Source: Patellaria atrata CBS 101060
Lineage: Eukaryota
Length of the DNA stretch: 61,698 bases
Direction of reading: 5' to 3'
NCBI GenBank assembly: GCA_010093705.1
Contig: MU006105.1
Span: forward strand, 486,615-548,312
Positions 38,701 through 52,360 of the stretch are shown in pieces; position 1 is the stretch's first letter, and each line of letters opens with the position of its first letter. The position numbers were made by a program, and so were the translations under genes. Below the pieces are notes generated by a model. The model saw only the letters and a program-made list of their open reading frames with translations, did no database searches and was not told where the DNA came from.

Positions 38701-41282
38701 CTCCTAGAAGTAGAGGCTGAATGAAGATCCCAGCCACGCATTGAGGCGCCAAAGTATCTGATACGCAACGGTTTGAATTATGCCCAACAAACTTTGCAAC
38801 TGCGTCTCATCAGGTCTTCACGTTGTGCAGTTCCATAGAAACCTAATAGATGATCATACTATTACAAGCTTGTACGTCAATCACAAGGAAATTATTCTTC
38901 AGCATGGGTTGGATAAGGCCCCTTGTGATTGATGATCTGGGCCTCCCCCTGCTCATGCAGTGCTCTATCGGAACTATAGAGACTTGCAGAAGTTCGTCAG
39001 CAGTCAGCAAGCAAGTAAAGGCGATATCTGAACGTACCGTATCTCTACTCGCTCTAGGGGAGAAAGGACGGGAAAAGATGGAGAAAGAGATGAGAAAGGA
39101 CACGAATACGATATGGATTGAACCGATTGTACCGAAAAGCACCAGTGGCAACCGGAATTGGCAAAAGGACTTTCTCAGATATCCATCTACAACACGAACT
39201 CGTTCGGTTCCAACTGTAACAATATTTTTCCGCGACCGGTATTGTTCGGTTTGACACCTATACACCCTGAAGGCGATCAAGATCAACCTTGCGGGGTAAG
39301 GAAGCTTATCGAGAATCGACAGTTTGGACCTGCATATGTAGACAAGGCCATATATTGAAGCATTCAATTAGAGTTTCCAACCGCAGCGCCATACTCTCAG
39401 CAGTTCAGCATGTTTCAACGGATATCTCAACACCATGAACATGGTCTCCCTGTTGTCAGCATCCAGCAAATGTCCTCCCGGCCTCCCCGATGTGAGGATC
39501 TACTACCGGCTTTCTACCTCTAGTCGCGGAGGCCAATGTAGATTCGTAATGGACAGAAACGGGATATCTGCGGTAGGAAAGTTTGGTGTCGGGTAAAGGT
39601 GAAAATTTCTCGGGGGTAACCTGATAAGGGGGACTCTGAGCGGCTTTTAGGTGGGTCAGTAATAATGACACAAGCATCTGTGGAGTCGTGAGAAGGTCTA
39701 ACTATCCGCTACTCTACTCTGTAGACCGTACCTAGACGGTCCTCGGTGGTCTCGTCAGACGTCAGATCCGCACTTCGCCAGACACGTGGGTCGCTGCAAC
39801 GACGTTTACGGTTTCGATAATTGATCCGGATTGCCGCATGAAGCTAAATTGCTTCTAGAAAACTTTCAGGGAGATAGTGGTTGATTCATGTGAGTGAGAC
39901 GGCCAGGGCACGCTTACTCGCTGGGGAAGCATGAGATACCGTCTACCCCCGCCATCGTACCCGGTACTTTCATTTCGCCACTGGTCTGGCAAGTCGATAA
40001 GGTACTGAAGACTCTTCCCGAGGGAACCGTCGGCTTGTGATTTCCTCTTCAGAGTTGTATTGGCTCGTTTCGTAGGGTTTAGGTATCTATCTCCTGGGCG
40101 ATGTTCGGGCAGCGGGCTACAGAACGCTACATACTACGTGCGTTACGGTACTCGATAAGTGCATGTGAAGCCCGCGATGGTTGATCTATGGGCTCTGGAG
40201 AAAAAGTCAATAATATCGTTGCATGTTGTTGCGATCGTCCTTGGCCAGTGGAAGTGTTCAATGCTCATCCAGCGCGTAGTCAAGGATGACCGCTGTGGTG
40301 ATGGTAGATGATGAGGCGGCCAGAAGTCTTCCAATTATTTCTCTTTATCAGGTACGACGGTGAACTCGTATACCCCTCGCCGGCCTTCAGACTCAGCGCG
40401 CAAGTGATGTTATTTTTGGTTGACAAGCCCTGGAGAGTCCGCTCGGCCCTGCAGTCCCGCGAAGCCACCCGCATTGAGCAGGTCCCCCACAATCTGTTTG
40501 ACGCTTTCTGCCTTTCACGGCTTTTATGAAGTTGTACCGTGTTGCTGGCGGAGTTGTCCCTCTTGATTCGATACACTCTCCGAGCGCGGGTCTGGAACTT
40601 CAGCTTCATCCCCACGAATATCGACAGCAACCTCCGTTTCTGTATGGCGTGTGGGGCAATTGAGCGCCACGAAGGGAAGAATCCGGGGCAAAAGGGGGGT
40701 AAAATCAAAAGAAGAAACGCGTTGGAATCATGTTGGAATGCTGGAGTTGCGGACCGGGTCGGGAATCGCCTGTTGGACAAAAAGAAAAAACTGTCTCGTA
40801 TACCAAGTGATGGGAGTAATAAGCCTGAGGGGTAGCAAGAAGTAGCATGATCCTCAGGTCAGAGGCGGCCTTCCTTTGATAGAACCTACGGCAACTTCCC
40901 TATCGTTGCTCTACTTGAAAGAGAAAATGGGTTCAGAACTAGGTAGAGAGTACCGCAGACAAAATTCCACCGGCTCACCGACTATTCCTCTTCCCAGCAA
41001 TCGCAAGCCCTACTGAAAGTACTGTACAATACAGTGGACAGGCGCCAGGGCAACTGCAAGAGTAAATAGATGATCTGCTTTAGCACCCAACCGTGATAAG
41101 TAAGTCTACCGGTCCTAGTATTCTTCAGACTCGATGCAAGTTTGCAACTCTGCCAAGTTAAATGTAGGTAATGTACAGAACGTCAAGATCCCCAAGATAC
41201 TTTGTCCTTCTAGGCGCTAAATCTGCAATTTTCCTTCAGCTTTTCTTTGTGAGATTTGAATATAGTGGTTGGGCCAAGTCTT

Positions 41283-43313
41283 CCCCAGGAATCCAAGATC
41301 GACGACGCGGAAGACATCCAGATGATTGCCTATTCTGCCGCTGAACCAGCACTTTCATCCACGAAATTGTAACCCCAGCAAGAAACCCCCCACACATCCA
41401 CGACATCTCATCCATTTATGCCGTGGAACGATATCCCCCCCTCGCAGCCACTTGGATAAATGTGTCCCGAGACTGTGGTTATGGGGCGTTATTGGACATC
41501 ATATGGACGCCTCGCTAGCAGAGTAGCCCTTCACATGTGCCAGTTCTGAATCCTGAAAGGCAAAGAGGAAATAGAGGAAGACACTACTGTACTAATCATC
41601 CCGCACGCCATCACCTACTAGCCTCGGTTATCATCATGTACTGTGCTAACTTAACAAAGCTGGTTGAGTTCTTGAGTATCACTATACGTAGCTTTTATGG
41701 GTGGAGAAACCTGTCCGGTATGATATCGGTCTTCTGTGCTGTAAAGTTGTTGGGTAAGGGGACTTTTGACATTTTGAGACCCTATTGATTGCACACTCTC
41801 CATATGGGTTTTCGTATCACCGCAAGTCTCACCTCTCTTCTGCTGCGGACCAATAACCCTGTTACTGAAACTCGAGCAAGCAGCGCGCCGACAGCAGGGC
41901 AACAGGCTGTGGATTGTGGAGGGATTAGGGGGGAAGGGTTTTAGATGGGGGCTGTTGAGTTGGTTGTAAGACTCCGGGCTAATATTAAATGGCCACGAAA
42001 CCCCCATATTATTTCGAATCTCTCCCCGGATTTTGCATCATCTACGGTCTGTTTGCAACTAGTGGGAGATCTTGCCAGCTCTGCCTGCACCTTCCTTGTT
42101 GACACTTCACTACTGTGGTGGTTACTGCGATATCCTTATCTACAAGTCTTCTCCCTCCCCAGAGTGCCTCCCTTCTGGCTTCTGGACTGTTTCCCCCTTG
42201 ACTCTAACATCCATTATTCTACATCCCTTGCCCCTTCTGACCTTATGGACGGAAACTCCCAATAGATCTTAGACACCCCCAGATAAAGCGTGACAAGGTC
42301 ACGAACAAACAAGTCAATTGACCCAACATCTCACACACCCTCCAGGGCTTGATCACCTACATCAATACAAAGGTTACTGGACCAACAAGTTGCGCAAAGT
42401 CACAGTTACAATTCGAGATCAGAGATACAAATCAGCCCTGTCCCCTACAACATACGTGTATACTTTTTCCTCCCCCATCGAGAAAGTAGCACGTTTCGGT
42501 GCCACCGATATTTTCTCCAGTCTCCACAAAGCTTCCATTTTCAAAGTCCTAGCCGAAGAGATTACTCGTAACGGACCCAGATAAAATCCACCAGGTCATC
42601 ATCGACAAACCGTAACCGTAACCCTCGGTTTGACAGTTTGAACTTTTTTTTTTTTATCAGTGCCCTCGGTACTTTGATACTTATCTGGTTGTCATTCTCA
42701 CCGCTCTCTGTACCTTATTCCCCCCCTTTCCCCGACATCATCACCCCGATACCCCAACAATTCACCTCAGCCTCAGCCCTGCGACAGCGCAAGGGCGGTC
42801 CGACTCACGGTGTCCAAGTCTCATCTCCTGCATTATTGGCAAAAATTTGTGTCCGGTTCTAATTTCCTGCGGAGTACACTAGAATAGAGATTCTTAATCC
42901 CGGGAAGAATTCCGAAGCAGAAACAGATACTTCTTTGTCCACAAAGAGGTTATCGTATCGCTTGATTCCCGGCATCTTCTGTGGAAAATCCTTCTGCACA
43001 GTCGACGGGTGGAAAAAGGCTGACTCCGCAAGGGGCGAGAACAAGGCTCCCAAAAAAAGGTTCGTGTTATTTTTCTTTTGGCCTTTTCCCATTTCCGAAG
43101 GCCGAGTTCGAGCTGACAGTTTTTCGCCCCCAGCCAGCTCCCAGATTATCCTAGAAGTTGAGGTGTTAGGTGTCTAGGGCGGTTTAGGCACTTCGATACT
43201 TTCACAGGTACCCGCAGTCCCGCAGTCGGCGCCAACTTTTCAAGGGCATCCCACTCATTCCTAGGCATCCCTACCGCCCGGAAAGCGCCCCACAGTCCCA
43301 CACCACACCCCAG
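41283..43313 (-). promoter_or_regulatory. Cluster of SYGGRG (CreA/Mig1) sites upstream of creA
   Basis: CYCCRS on the plus strand at 41283, 41373, 41388, 42024, 42157, 42277, 42340, 42515, 42522, 43024, 43128, 43288 and 43308. Confidence 0.5.
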
Positions 43314-43551
43314 CTGCGCCAGATCGATAAACTATACCTTACGGTAACTGCAGTACAAGTATAAACTGCATTATAACTGCCACATCCCGCTACTGAAGCG
43401 ATATTTTCCGACCCTTTTCCTACGCAAACATCACCAAAACCTTCCACCTTTCCACCCCCCTTCAACATTCCACCAAAGTCACAACACCAAGAAACTATCT
43501 TGCCTTCCTCCTAACGATACTGATTAACTTGTAATAAACATCCACCGTCTC

Positions 43552-44850
43552 ATGCAAGTTCACTCATCGTCGGTGGATTTCAAAAATCTACTGAACCCAG
43601 AGACTGCTCAGCTATCTCACCAACAGCATCTTCCTTCTCAGTCAGCATCCATGGCTGCCGCTGCATCTGTGAGCCTCATGGCTCATGGCCTTCAAAACGC
43701 TCAGCATGTGCAACCCAACCAAGAAGAGCCTCGTTCAGATCTACCCAGACCGTATAAGTGCCCACTCTGCGAAAAGGCCTTCCACAGATTAGAACATCAG
43801 ACGAGACATATTCGGACTCATACTGGTGAAAAGCCTCATGCTTGCCAGTATCCAGGCTGCTCAAAACGCTTCAGTCGATCTGATGAACTCACTCGTCACT
43901 CAAGAATACACAACAATCCCAACTCAAGAAGAGGAAACAAGCAACATAATGCCGCAGCGGCCGCCGCTAATGCAATCATGGACTCCGCAAACGCACCTGT
44001 CGCCCATATGATGCCACCACCGGTTGGAAAGCCCATCTCCCGTTCCGCTCCAGCCTCACAACTCACCTCACCAAATGTGTCACCTCCGCACTCTTTCACC
44101 AGCTATGCTAGCAACATTCCCTCCAGTCTTGGACCTTATAGCAGAAGTAACACTGGTAATGGAATCGGAAGTAGCCCCAACGGAATACCTCGTCCTCTAG
44201 AGAACATCAACATCTTGGCCACTGCTGCTTCTCAAGTGGAGAGAGAACATGCTCTACCATCGTTACTCGCACATCCAAGACATCCAAACGGATTTTCTCA
44301 CGTCTCTCATCCTTACGGAAGTGCTCGGCTCCCAAGCCTATCAGCTTATTCATATTCCACCCCGATGTCACGAAGTCATTCTCATGAAGAGGATGATCCA
44401 TATGCGCATCGTATGACAAAGAGGTCCAGACCAACTTCTCCTATGTCTACAGCGCCACCATCCCCGAGCTTTTCTCATGACTCGCTATCTCCAACGCCGG
44501 ATCATACTCCTCTCGCGACACCTGCGCACTCTCCACGCTTGAGACCACACGGTTACCTTCATGATGTTCAACTTCCTCATATCAGGCAACTCTCTCTGCA
44601 ACATGCTCCAGCCCTCGCTCCAATGGAACCTCAAACAGATGCTCAACCAACATATGTTCCTGCTCAGAGCATTGGTCTTCGCATCGGAGACATCATTTCA
44701 AGACCTGACGGTGCTCAACGCAAACTTCCCGTACCTACCGTTCCCAAAGTTGCTGTTCAAGACCTCTTGAATGGGCCGACTGGACTTACATCGGGAACTT
44801 CTTCCTCCTCAGCATCTATTGCTGGTAACGACCTGTCCGAACGCTATTAG
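43552..44850 (+). CDS. creA: Carbon catabolite repressor CreA/Cre1 (C2H2 zinc finger)
   Basis: [34 protein letters not shown]...[14 protein letters not shown], poly-Ala, acidic SHEEDD, the conserved [25 protein letters not shown] block and LPHIRQLSL. Intronless. Confidence 0.97.
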   Translation: MQVHSSSVDFKNLLNPETAQLSHQQHLPSQSASMAAAASVSLMAHGLQNAQHVQPNQEEPRSDLPRPYKCPLCEKAFHRLEHQTRHIRTHTGEKPHACQYPGCSKRFSRSDELTRHSRIHNNPNSRRGNKQHNAAAAAANAIMDSANAPVAHMMPPPVGKPISRSAPASQLTSPNVSPPHSFTSYASNIPSSLGPYSRSNTGNGIGSSPNGIPRPLENINILATAASQVEREHALPSLLAHPRHPNGFSHVSHPYGSARLPSLSAYSYSTPMSRSHSHEEDDPYAHRMTKRSRPTSPMSTAPPSPSFSHDSLSPTPDHTPLATPAHSPRLRPHGYLHDVQLPHIRQLSLQHAPALAPMEPQTDAQPTYVPAQSIGLRIGDIISRPDGAQRKLPVPTVPKVAVQDLLNGPTGLTSGTSSSSASIAGNDLSERY

Positions 44851-47800
44851 ACTCGAATCAAAAAGTTGGAGTTCAGGATCGATTAACATGATTTCTTATA
44901 TCGCAAAGGCGTAATCATCGGGCAGCGTCCGTATCTAATTGATTTGAGCGTTTTGGTAAAGGCATAGAACGGACTTGGGAAGTGGCTACAATGCCCCTCG
45001 CAAAGAGATTAAAGGCTTATGGATAAAGTAATATTGGGACTTTACACGATTTCCTTTCTCTGGGTTTCACGGTAGAAATCGGGGTGTTTTCCTTTCTTTT
45101 TTCTTTTTTTTTTTCTTCTCTTAACACATACCCCCAATGCGTGCGCTATAGCTCGCAACATGTATCTTCACTTCTCTACTCTGTTTTACTTGCTTTATTC
45201 GCCCTGTAGCGGGCCCCTTTAGAATGCTAGTCCACACTTCCTCACTTTACATAACAAAACTATTTCATGGAATGTTGGGTAGACAAAGCGAGCTACATCT
45301 TGGACCGCAGTACGTGTGCACGCTATTTGATGATCAACCATCCATCCATCCATCGCAACATGGATGAACAAATGACGCCTTCAGTGCCACTTGGCCACCC
45401 AGCCGGCAACACCATTCTCAAGGCCCCTGACTATCTCGTTACGCAATGGAATGATCAGGTCGGACAGGTGTACAGTACACGACAAGCAAGCGATTCTCGA
45501 TTTAGCAGCACGAGGAGTAACGCTAAGTAAACCATTGTATTTCTTGCACCAACTAAGTTTACCGTATGGTTTTTGTCGCTCCGCAAAAAGTATGGTAGCG
45601 TTCCCCGGAATACTTACTCCACATGCAATGAGTAAGCGGGGAAAGGCCTGCAACCACCTCAACCACTTACCGTATGGAAGAACTAGCCCCTTGAGGTTCC
45701 CTTTTTTGGGGGTGAGCATGTTTATCGCCCGCCAGTTGAGTGCCGGTGTGTCGCTTATACTACCGTCACTTTCTTTTTGTCGCTTTTCGGGGTGTATGAG
45801 GGAATCTTTGGTGGAGTTGTCGTCTGGGACTGTACTGTAGATGCACCCCGGATCACGAAAAACCCCACCATTTTTCTTGAATGATCTACAGCTGTCTGCC
45901 GCGAGAGTGTGCACCGAGATGGTGATGGGGGAACAGTCGCAGGACTTTCAGCAGACGATAACATCACACCGAAAGCGGGACACAACGATAACAACGGGTC
46001 ACTTTGCGTCTTGCGTGCTTTCCCGCCATATCTTGCTTTTGCTGTTTCTGGAGGTTGAACACGAACACGGGAGTTTCTAAAAACGGGTTATCAAGATCCT
46101 TGCGTCGGCGCGATCGTGGTTAGTTCGTGACTGATATACCCGAGCACAAGTACGCCTTTCATATGGGGGGAGGTGGTTGTAGATTGGGGGCAGCAAAGAC
46201 GTAGTAGCCGGAAACGCAGCTGTGGGGAGTGGAAAGGCCCCCTTGCTTGCATTTTCATTCCCATCCATATGTCTTTCCTTCAACAAAGACCTGGCTGAAG
46301 GGAACGGAGCAATCTATTTCCCCCCGGTGATGAGGGCTACTAGACGCAGTCATCATGTTAGACTCGTTCGCTGTAGATTGATGGCACCCCTTTAACCGAT
46401 ACAACCATGGCCAGGCGTGCCATTCAGCGTCGTTTCCCCGGACTCCTTTCGCGAGAGACGTAGGGAGAGGCCTGGTTGAGGAGTGATACTTGTTCCAGAT
46501 TTCCACATCCAACAGTGAGATAAGGAGGGACCCGGCAGATTGGGTCAGAGGGAGTGATTCCAACAGCCAGATGTTTCGAGGGGGATACAGTACGCTTGGC
46601 CTGCATCCCTCCACTCCGTCATCCTCACAACTCTGTCCAGTCTTAGACCTTGGATGGCCTTCCTCTATCTTCCTCATCACAGTATGTTAGCATCCTTTGA
46701 CGCCTCTTTTCATCTCTCATAAGCAGAACAGGGCTGCTGCTTTCGAGAAGGACGCGGTGGTCGTGGGGTACCTTACTCCACAGATCCAGTGAGATGAGGG
46801 GAGACCCCCAGAATCTTGAGGACATCATCCGGAGATTCCTTGAACGGAACACTGCAGGAATTACGAGCATTGCATCTCGCTCCTGTTCGGAGGAACTGCC
46901 TGTGAGGTACATCGCGGCCGTTGAAGGATCGAGTGTACAGATACTGTACATGTACATATATTGTACTGTACAAGTACTGTACCTTTTCAAAGTTACTTTT
47001 ACAAACCGTTACATCTAGAAGTATTTTTATCAAAGATAGCAGCACTGGACTTGAACATCCGGCCTGTCGGTAAAGCAAAGCAACAATATAAGGCCTAAAA
47101 GCAAATTTGATAGCTAATCTCAGCAACCCGCACTTACAGCTCATCCTTCTACAGTACAGTACATGTTGAAAAGAAAAAAAAAATCTTTGAGACATACAGC
47201 TCTGTAGGATCATATCTCGTTGAGCAACCAGCATACCAGGTATCATCTCACATTTCCTCACCGCCATCGGCCGCGAGGTGACCTCGGATGTCGATGTTAC
47301 ATCAGACAAACTTCTTTATCGTCCACTCTTCTCACCGCCAATCCAAGATCATAGCCGAGAACAACATCACTCTTTTGCAGCATCTTTCCGTCCGGGGCCG
47401 GAATCGCGGCAACTCGTGCCCGTTAACCGAGGTGCGCCCCGTTCCGTACCAGACGGCTTCTTGCTGAGGTTGTGATACGTTCACTCCTGGTGGATCGAGG
47501 GCGTCACAGGATCGTTTATCTTTCTTGATCTTTAAACTAACGGCCAACTTAGGCGTCACGAGTATAGGGCAAAGCTAAGGGCCATACCGTCGCGGCTGTA
47601 TCAACCAAATTTCAACTAAACAGTCATTTTTCTTTGTAGCGTCTTGTCTCCTATATTGGGTAGGACCATCACCAATAACGGATTTACACCTATATCCCCT
47701 TAAACCCACGATATCATCAGGATTAATATATAAATCCTTATACCGCTAGTTATCTTTAACGAAAAAATACTCTCCGCTCTCCCCCCCACAACGTCTCCTG

Positions 47801-50318
47801 CACAATGAGCAAATGTTACCCGCCCGCCTGGCTCAGAGTGTCGATCACCACTCTACGTGTCCCGTGTCCCGCGTCGAAGAGGGGAATAATGGGCGTCTAT
47901 CACTCGAGAGATGATGCGCTATCACACTCCCCATATTTTATGAGAGACCGAGTGTGGGAGAAACACACGATAATGATCCTATCCACTCCTTCAGCTATTC
48001 TCTTCTAGATTAAATAGCAACTTTGATCAACAGTGCTGGCTACTGCTGTGGAAACGGTGAAAGTTGGATGAAACAATCTATGTAGCGGACTGTCTTTCTT
48101 TTTTTTTTTTTTTTTTTCTTTTTAAATTTTTGGGTTTTGATGCACCTTTTCCCAAAATCCTCACTTTGATGTATGGAGATGTCGTCAACTGCGGATGGTG
48201 ATATCTGCACGGCACGACACTGTCTCATAAGTATAATATGCGTGAAAAAAAGGTACATAGGATACTTTCGTATATAAGTCGAGTACGTACCCTCTGTCTC
48301 CACCTCGCGGATTCAATCCGAGCCATCCATCCACCATCCACTCAAATACACTTTCTGAACTTTGCAAATATACCCTTTATTACCGCAACGTTTCAGCAAA
48401 CCTCCGATTCGCATCGGATGTCGTGGCTACGTCCTATAAATGTACTGTACCTGTGCTGGAGACACGTGCGTTCGCATACCTTACCGTCCTATAGGGCCTC
48501 GAATCCTCCGACAACAGCATTGGACGGAATGGGTAGGACGTTTACGGGTTGCCTATTTGGGATGTTTCTGGACTGTAGGAGGGAGTGTTTGGCGTTCGAT
48601 ACTATCACCCCAACAGTAACAGTAAAATGAACCAGAAGCAGTCTTTCACTCCTTTCTTAACGATTACCATTCCATAGTAGTCCTTCCACTCTGTCTCCTC
48701 CATACCCGCATCCTCACAATGTCCGTTTCTCAGATATTGCACAAGGAGTCCTATTGATTCTAGTCAGCCTCCTCACCATCTCCCCTCTCCTCCGCCCCTA
48801 CATAAGGCATCATAGAACCCATCCCGAACGTGCCCATCTCCGCTCCTGACTGTAAAGCACAAACCCGCCCCCTCTTTCCGCTCCTCCTCACCACCTCAGC
48901 CTCACGCAGACATGGACCCCCGTCCCCCTCTCTCAGCCTCATGCCGCAGCAAGAGACAACTGCATACAGCACCGTACCATAATTCTACGGATCCAGTCGT
49001 CTCAAAGCAGAAACAACATCCCAAACACGGCATCTCTGAAACCCCCACCGCGCGCGACCCGGCCTGGTGAGAGTTATGTACAGAATGTAGGAGAAATCAC
49101 TGTCAGGTCTTTTTTTTTTTTTTTTCTTAAGCAAAAGGGGGAGGCCAATCCCATCTCGTTCCTATCATTCTAGGACTGGGGCTATAGTATAGCAGTAAGG
49201 TACGGTACGTATGTGAAATTATGGAACTACATATTATATGAACCAACCATGCGGCACGTGTCTACTAGACATCTACATGGCATAAACATAGTGATCGGCT
49301 CCACCATAGTACTATGCTATAACAGGACCCAGACAGCATGATGTAGTTATAGCACCCCCACGCGGGGGAGGAGGAACCCCATGGGGCCGAGGACAAGGAT
49401 CAAGATGATAAGAACCGAAATCAAGCACCATCGAAGTTTCAGGATAAATATAATATCCGCCGTTGACGCGTGATTCCTTCTCAAACGTTCTCATAGCACA
49501 TCGTCTTCCGTACCTTAGATTCCTTGATATTATAATATCTGGTATCTCATAACGCAGAGAACTCCCCCTTCCTTTAGTCCCTAGAACTAGTCCCTCAGCA
49601 ACCTCCTTGAAACGACATGGGACTCGACGCAAAACCGCCGTAATTCTACTCCAAATCCTTAAAACCTACCCACTTTAGCCGTCGGAACCAAACACTCGGG
49701 ACCAGGACGCGGGAGATGCCATCAGAACTTCTAGAAAAAAACAAAAAGAAAAAAAAAAAAAAAGGGACACTACTACTCCTAAAAAGTCTTGTAACAAAAA
49801 AAAAAAAAAACCCAAATGCCAGGCCCCAGATCTTGGCGGTCAGAATCTCCAACAACGAGGGCTGAGGAGCGGGAGACAAGGGCGTGCTTCCCCGACGTGG
49901 CTAGAGTCTGCCCAGTTGTTGGAGTGAGATTATGGGGGCGGATGAGAGGGATGGGGTGTCAAGCACAGTCAACAACCATAAGTCGCAGGAGTAGAGTTGG
50001 TATTTTACATTCCGTTGAATGGTTGTAGTTAGTTGTTATAGCAGTCTAGGAAGAAAGCATAGCCCAACAGGTGCAGCTGACATGCTTCCCATCCCGACCT
50101 ATCAGCACACCCGGGGAACAGCAATCGACCCTTCCGGCCCTCTTTCCCACGTTTTCGTTGCTTTTTCCTCCGCTGTAGAGAACATGCACGCGATCGGCCG
50201 TCAGTTCTGTCGGCTACGGCGCGCTGGGTAAAAGCTCTAACTCCTTCTCCCAATAATCTAATGTCGTACAGGTAATCTGCACTGTGGCAATTCTCACGAC
50301 CCAGGAGGCGAATAAAGC

Positions 50319-51905
50319 CTAGGTCTCTCCTTCTACCTCTTCTGCTGTCTCTGCCTCGAGTAAGGTTTCGTCGACGAGTAACCCCTCGGCAGCGAGTTCG
50401 TCGTCGTCCGCCCAGCCATACTCCTCGTCCGAACCTGCGTCCGAGTCTGCGATCTCGGCGACTATTCTGCGCTTTTTAGACGGGGGACGCGCAGGTGAGG
50501 TCGACGGCTGTATCGTAGTTGTGAGGTCCGCGGATGCGAGATCGAGGTCCGCGAGGCCGGTCTATGTATGGTTAGTAAGGGTAAGTGAAGTGGCGGTGAC
50601 GTTGACGCTATTGCTGTGTCTCGCCTCCGTTATACGAAAAGGATACAAATACAGGCTATACAGCAGCAACGTTATGAGGCTAGAAGAGCATTTTTCTTTC
50701 TTGGAGATGCTCTAACTCACCGTCTCAATCGTAAACGGGACCACTGCTCCGAAAGTCCCGTCATCCGCCAAAGTGACACCTCCCACCTTAACCACACCCA
50801 CAAAACGCACCCTGGTTCTCTGATCCTCGCTGATCCCATGACCTCTCAGTTGAGCCGGCAGCCAGTCTCTGAATAGCACCAGCCGAGTCGAGATCGTGTT
50901 GTCCCATTCTGTTCCTGATAGCGCAGGATGTAGCATCGCTCCAGAGCCGGCTCGTACTCTCGTATTCACCTGGTTGAGGAGGAGAACGGTTATGTTGTGC
51001 AAAGCTGCTGCTCTAGATAGCTTGAGAGCGACTTCACTCATTGCTGAGTATCGGCGACCGGCTGCCCAGCGGGTGGTTTCGCTTTTGGTGTGCCCTGGCT
51101 GATCTGAGATAATGTGGGGGTAGGCGTTCTCGAATACTGTGGAGATGGAGTCGATGACGATCAAGCTAGTTCCAGGCGGAGGAAATGAGGGGGGAGGGTG
51201 GACTAGTAATGCCAATAGATGTGGCAAAGTTGGCGTCGTATAGTGGTGAAAGTGCTGTGCCAGATCATCTGACGACAGGTGTGGGATGGGAGTCAGCGCA
51301 GTTGCTCCCTTCTTGTAAGATAGCGATGCAGACAGTATCTCCTTGACTCGACGGGGTGCTAAAGGAGCAGCAGCATCTGTATTGACGCATCAATATAGCC
51401 CACCTATAGCAGCTGGACGACATCGACATACCGATCCACACGACATCATCTCCAGCTCGTAAAGCAGACACGCAGGCCTGTATGCTACCCACACTCATAT
51501 CAGTCATGTCCCTCCAGAATCCTTCGCGTATCCCGTTTCTTTGCCCATAGCACGTATACCCCTGATCGAAAGGAGTGACGTACCCGAATGTAGTCTTCCC
51601 AGCTCCTGGAGGACCATAAACCTCAGTCACTTTCCCACGCGTCAAACCCCCTCCTGAACCCCATGTTGAGTAAGAGTTGCCCGCTGCACCTGTTAGGATA
51701 GCGTCCAACCGTTCAAGAGCGGTGGATATGGCGCGTGGAGCTTGTGATTTGAGGTTCTCGAGTACTTGAGACGCGGTTACCGTGGGTAGTCTACCTACGC
51801 GAGTATTAGCAATTGAGGAGTATACTGGGGTAAGAATCTTAGTAACATACGTGATGATGAAGATGAAGGAAGCTTTGAGCTGTCCTCACTTGCTATATGC
51901 TCCAT
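50319..51905 (-). CDS. Rad51 paralog (Rad55/Rhp55-like DNA repair ATPase), multi-exon
   Basis: RLPTVTASQVL...ISTALERLDAIL, Walker A GKVTEVYGPPGAGKT, Walker B LIVIDSIS, VLLLNQ and an acidic tail EIADSD...YGW. About four GT-AG introns inferred. The exact paralog is uncertain. Confidence 0.85.
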
Positions 51906-52360
51906 AAAGCCTGCTACTGGTCAAGGGAGGGGTGGTGACGTGGAGGCTTTGAGAAAATGGTCGGCTTTCTCGACCATCCCGTTTATTCAAGTCATGGTGA
52001 TGCTCTAAATCAGTGCGCACAACCCATCTCGCCTGCTGGGAATAGCTCTAAAGTTTGTATTGATGGTGAAATGTTTCGTTGAACAGTTCTGGACAGCTGA
52101 ATGTCAATGAAGCGGGATCTAGCGCGGGCTGACCCAAGTACACGCCCTCGGTCTGTCGAGGGCGTCTTTCAACACAATAGAATGTGGACAGTCCGCAGAC
52201 TTGTCCGGTATCTTACAAATCCCCGGACATTGATTGGACTTCAATTGCAATTTTTTTCTGCAATGTGGTAAATTGAAGCTTCTTCAAGTTTCAGTTCTCA
52301 ATTCCTCTTTCTTTTACATCACTTTCCTAAGGTAGTTCTGGAACTATAGAACTAGCCGTG

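Noticed and set aside
44900..50250. Numerous 60-180 aa ORFs downstream of creA
   Set aside because: Overlapping on both strands, with poly-A/T tracts, no domain motifs and no codon bias; consistent with non-coding DNA.
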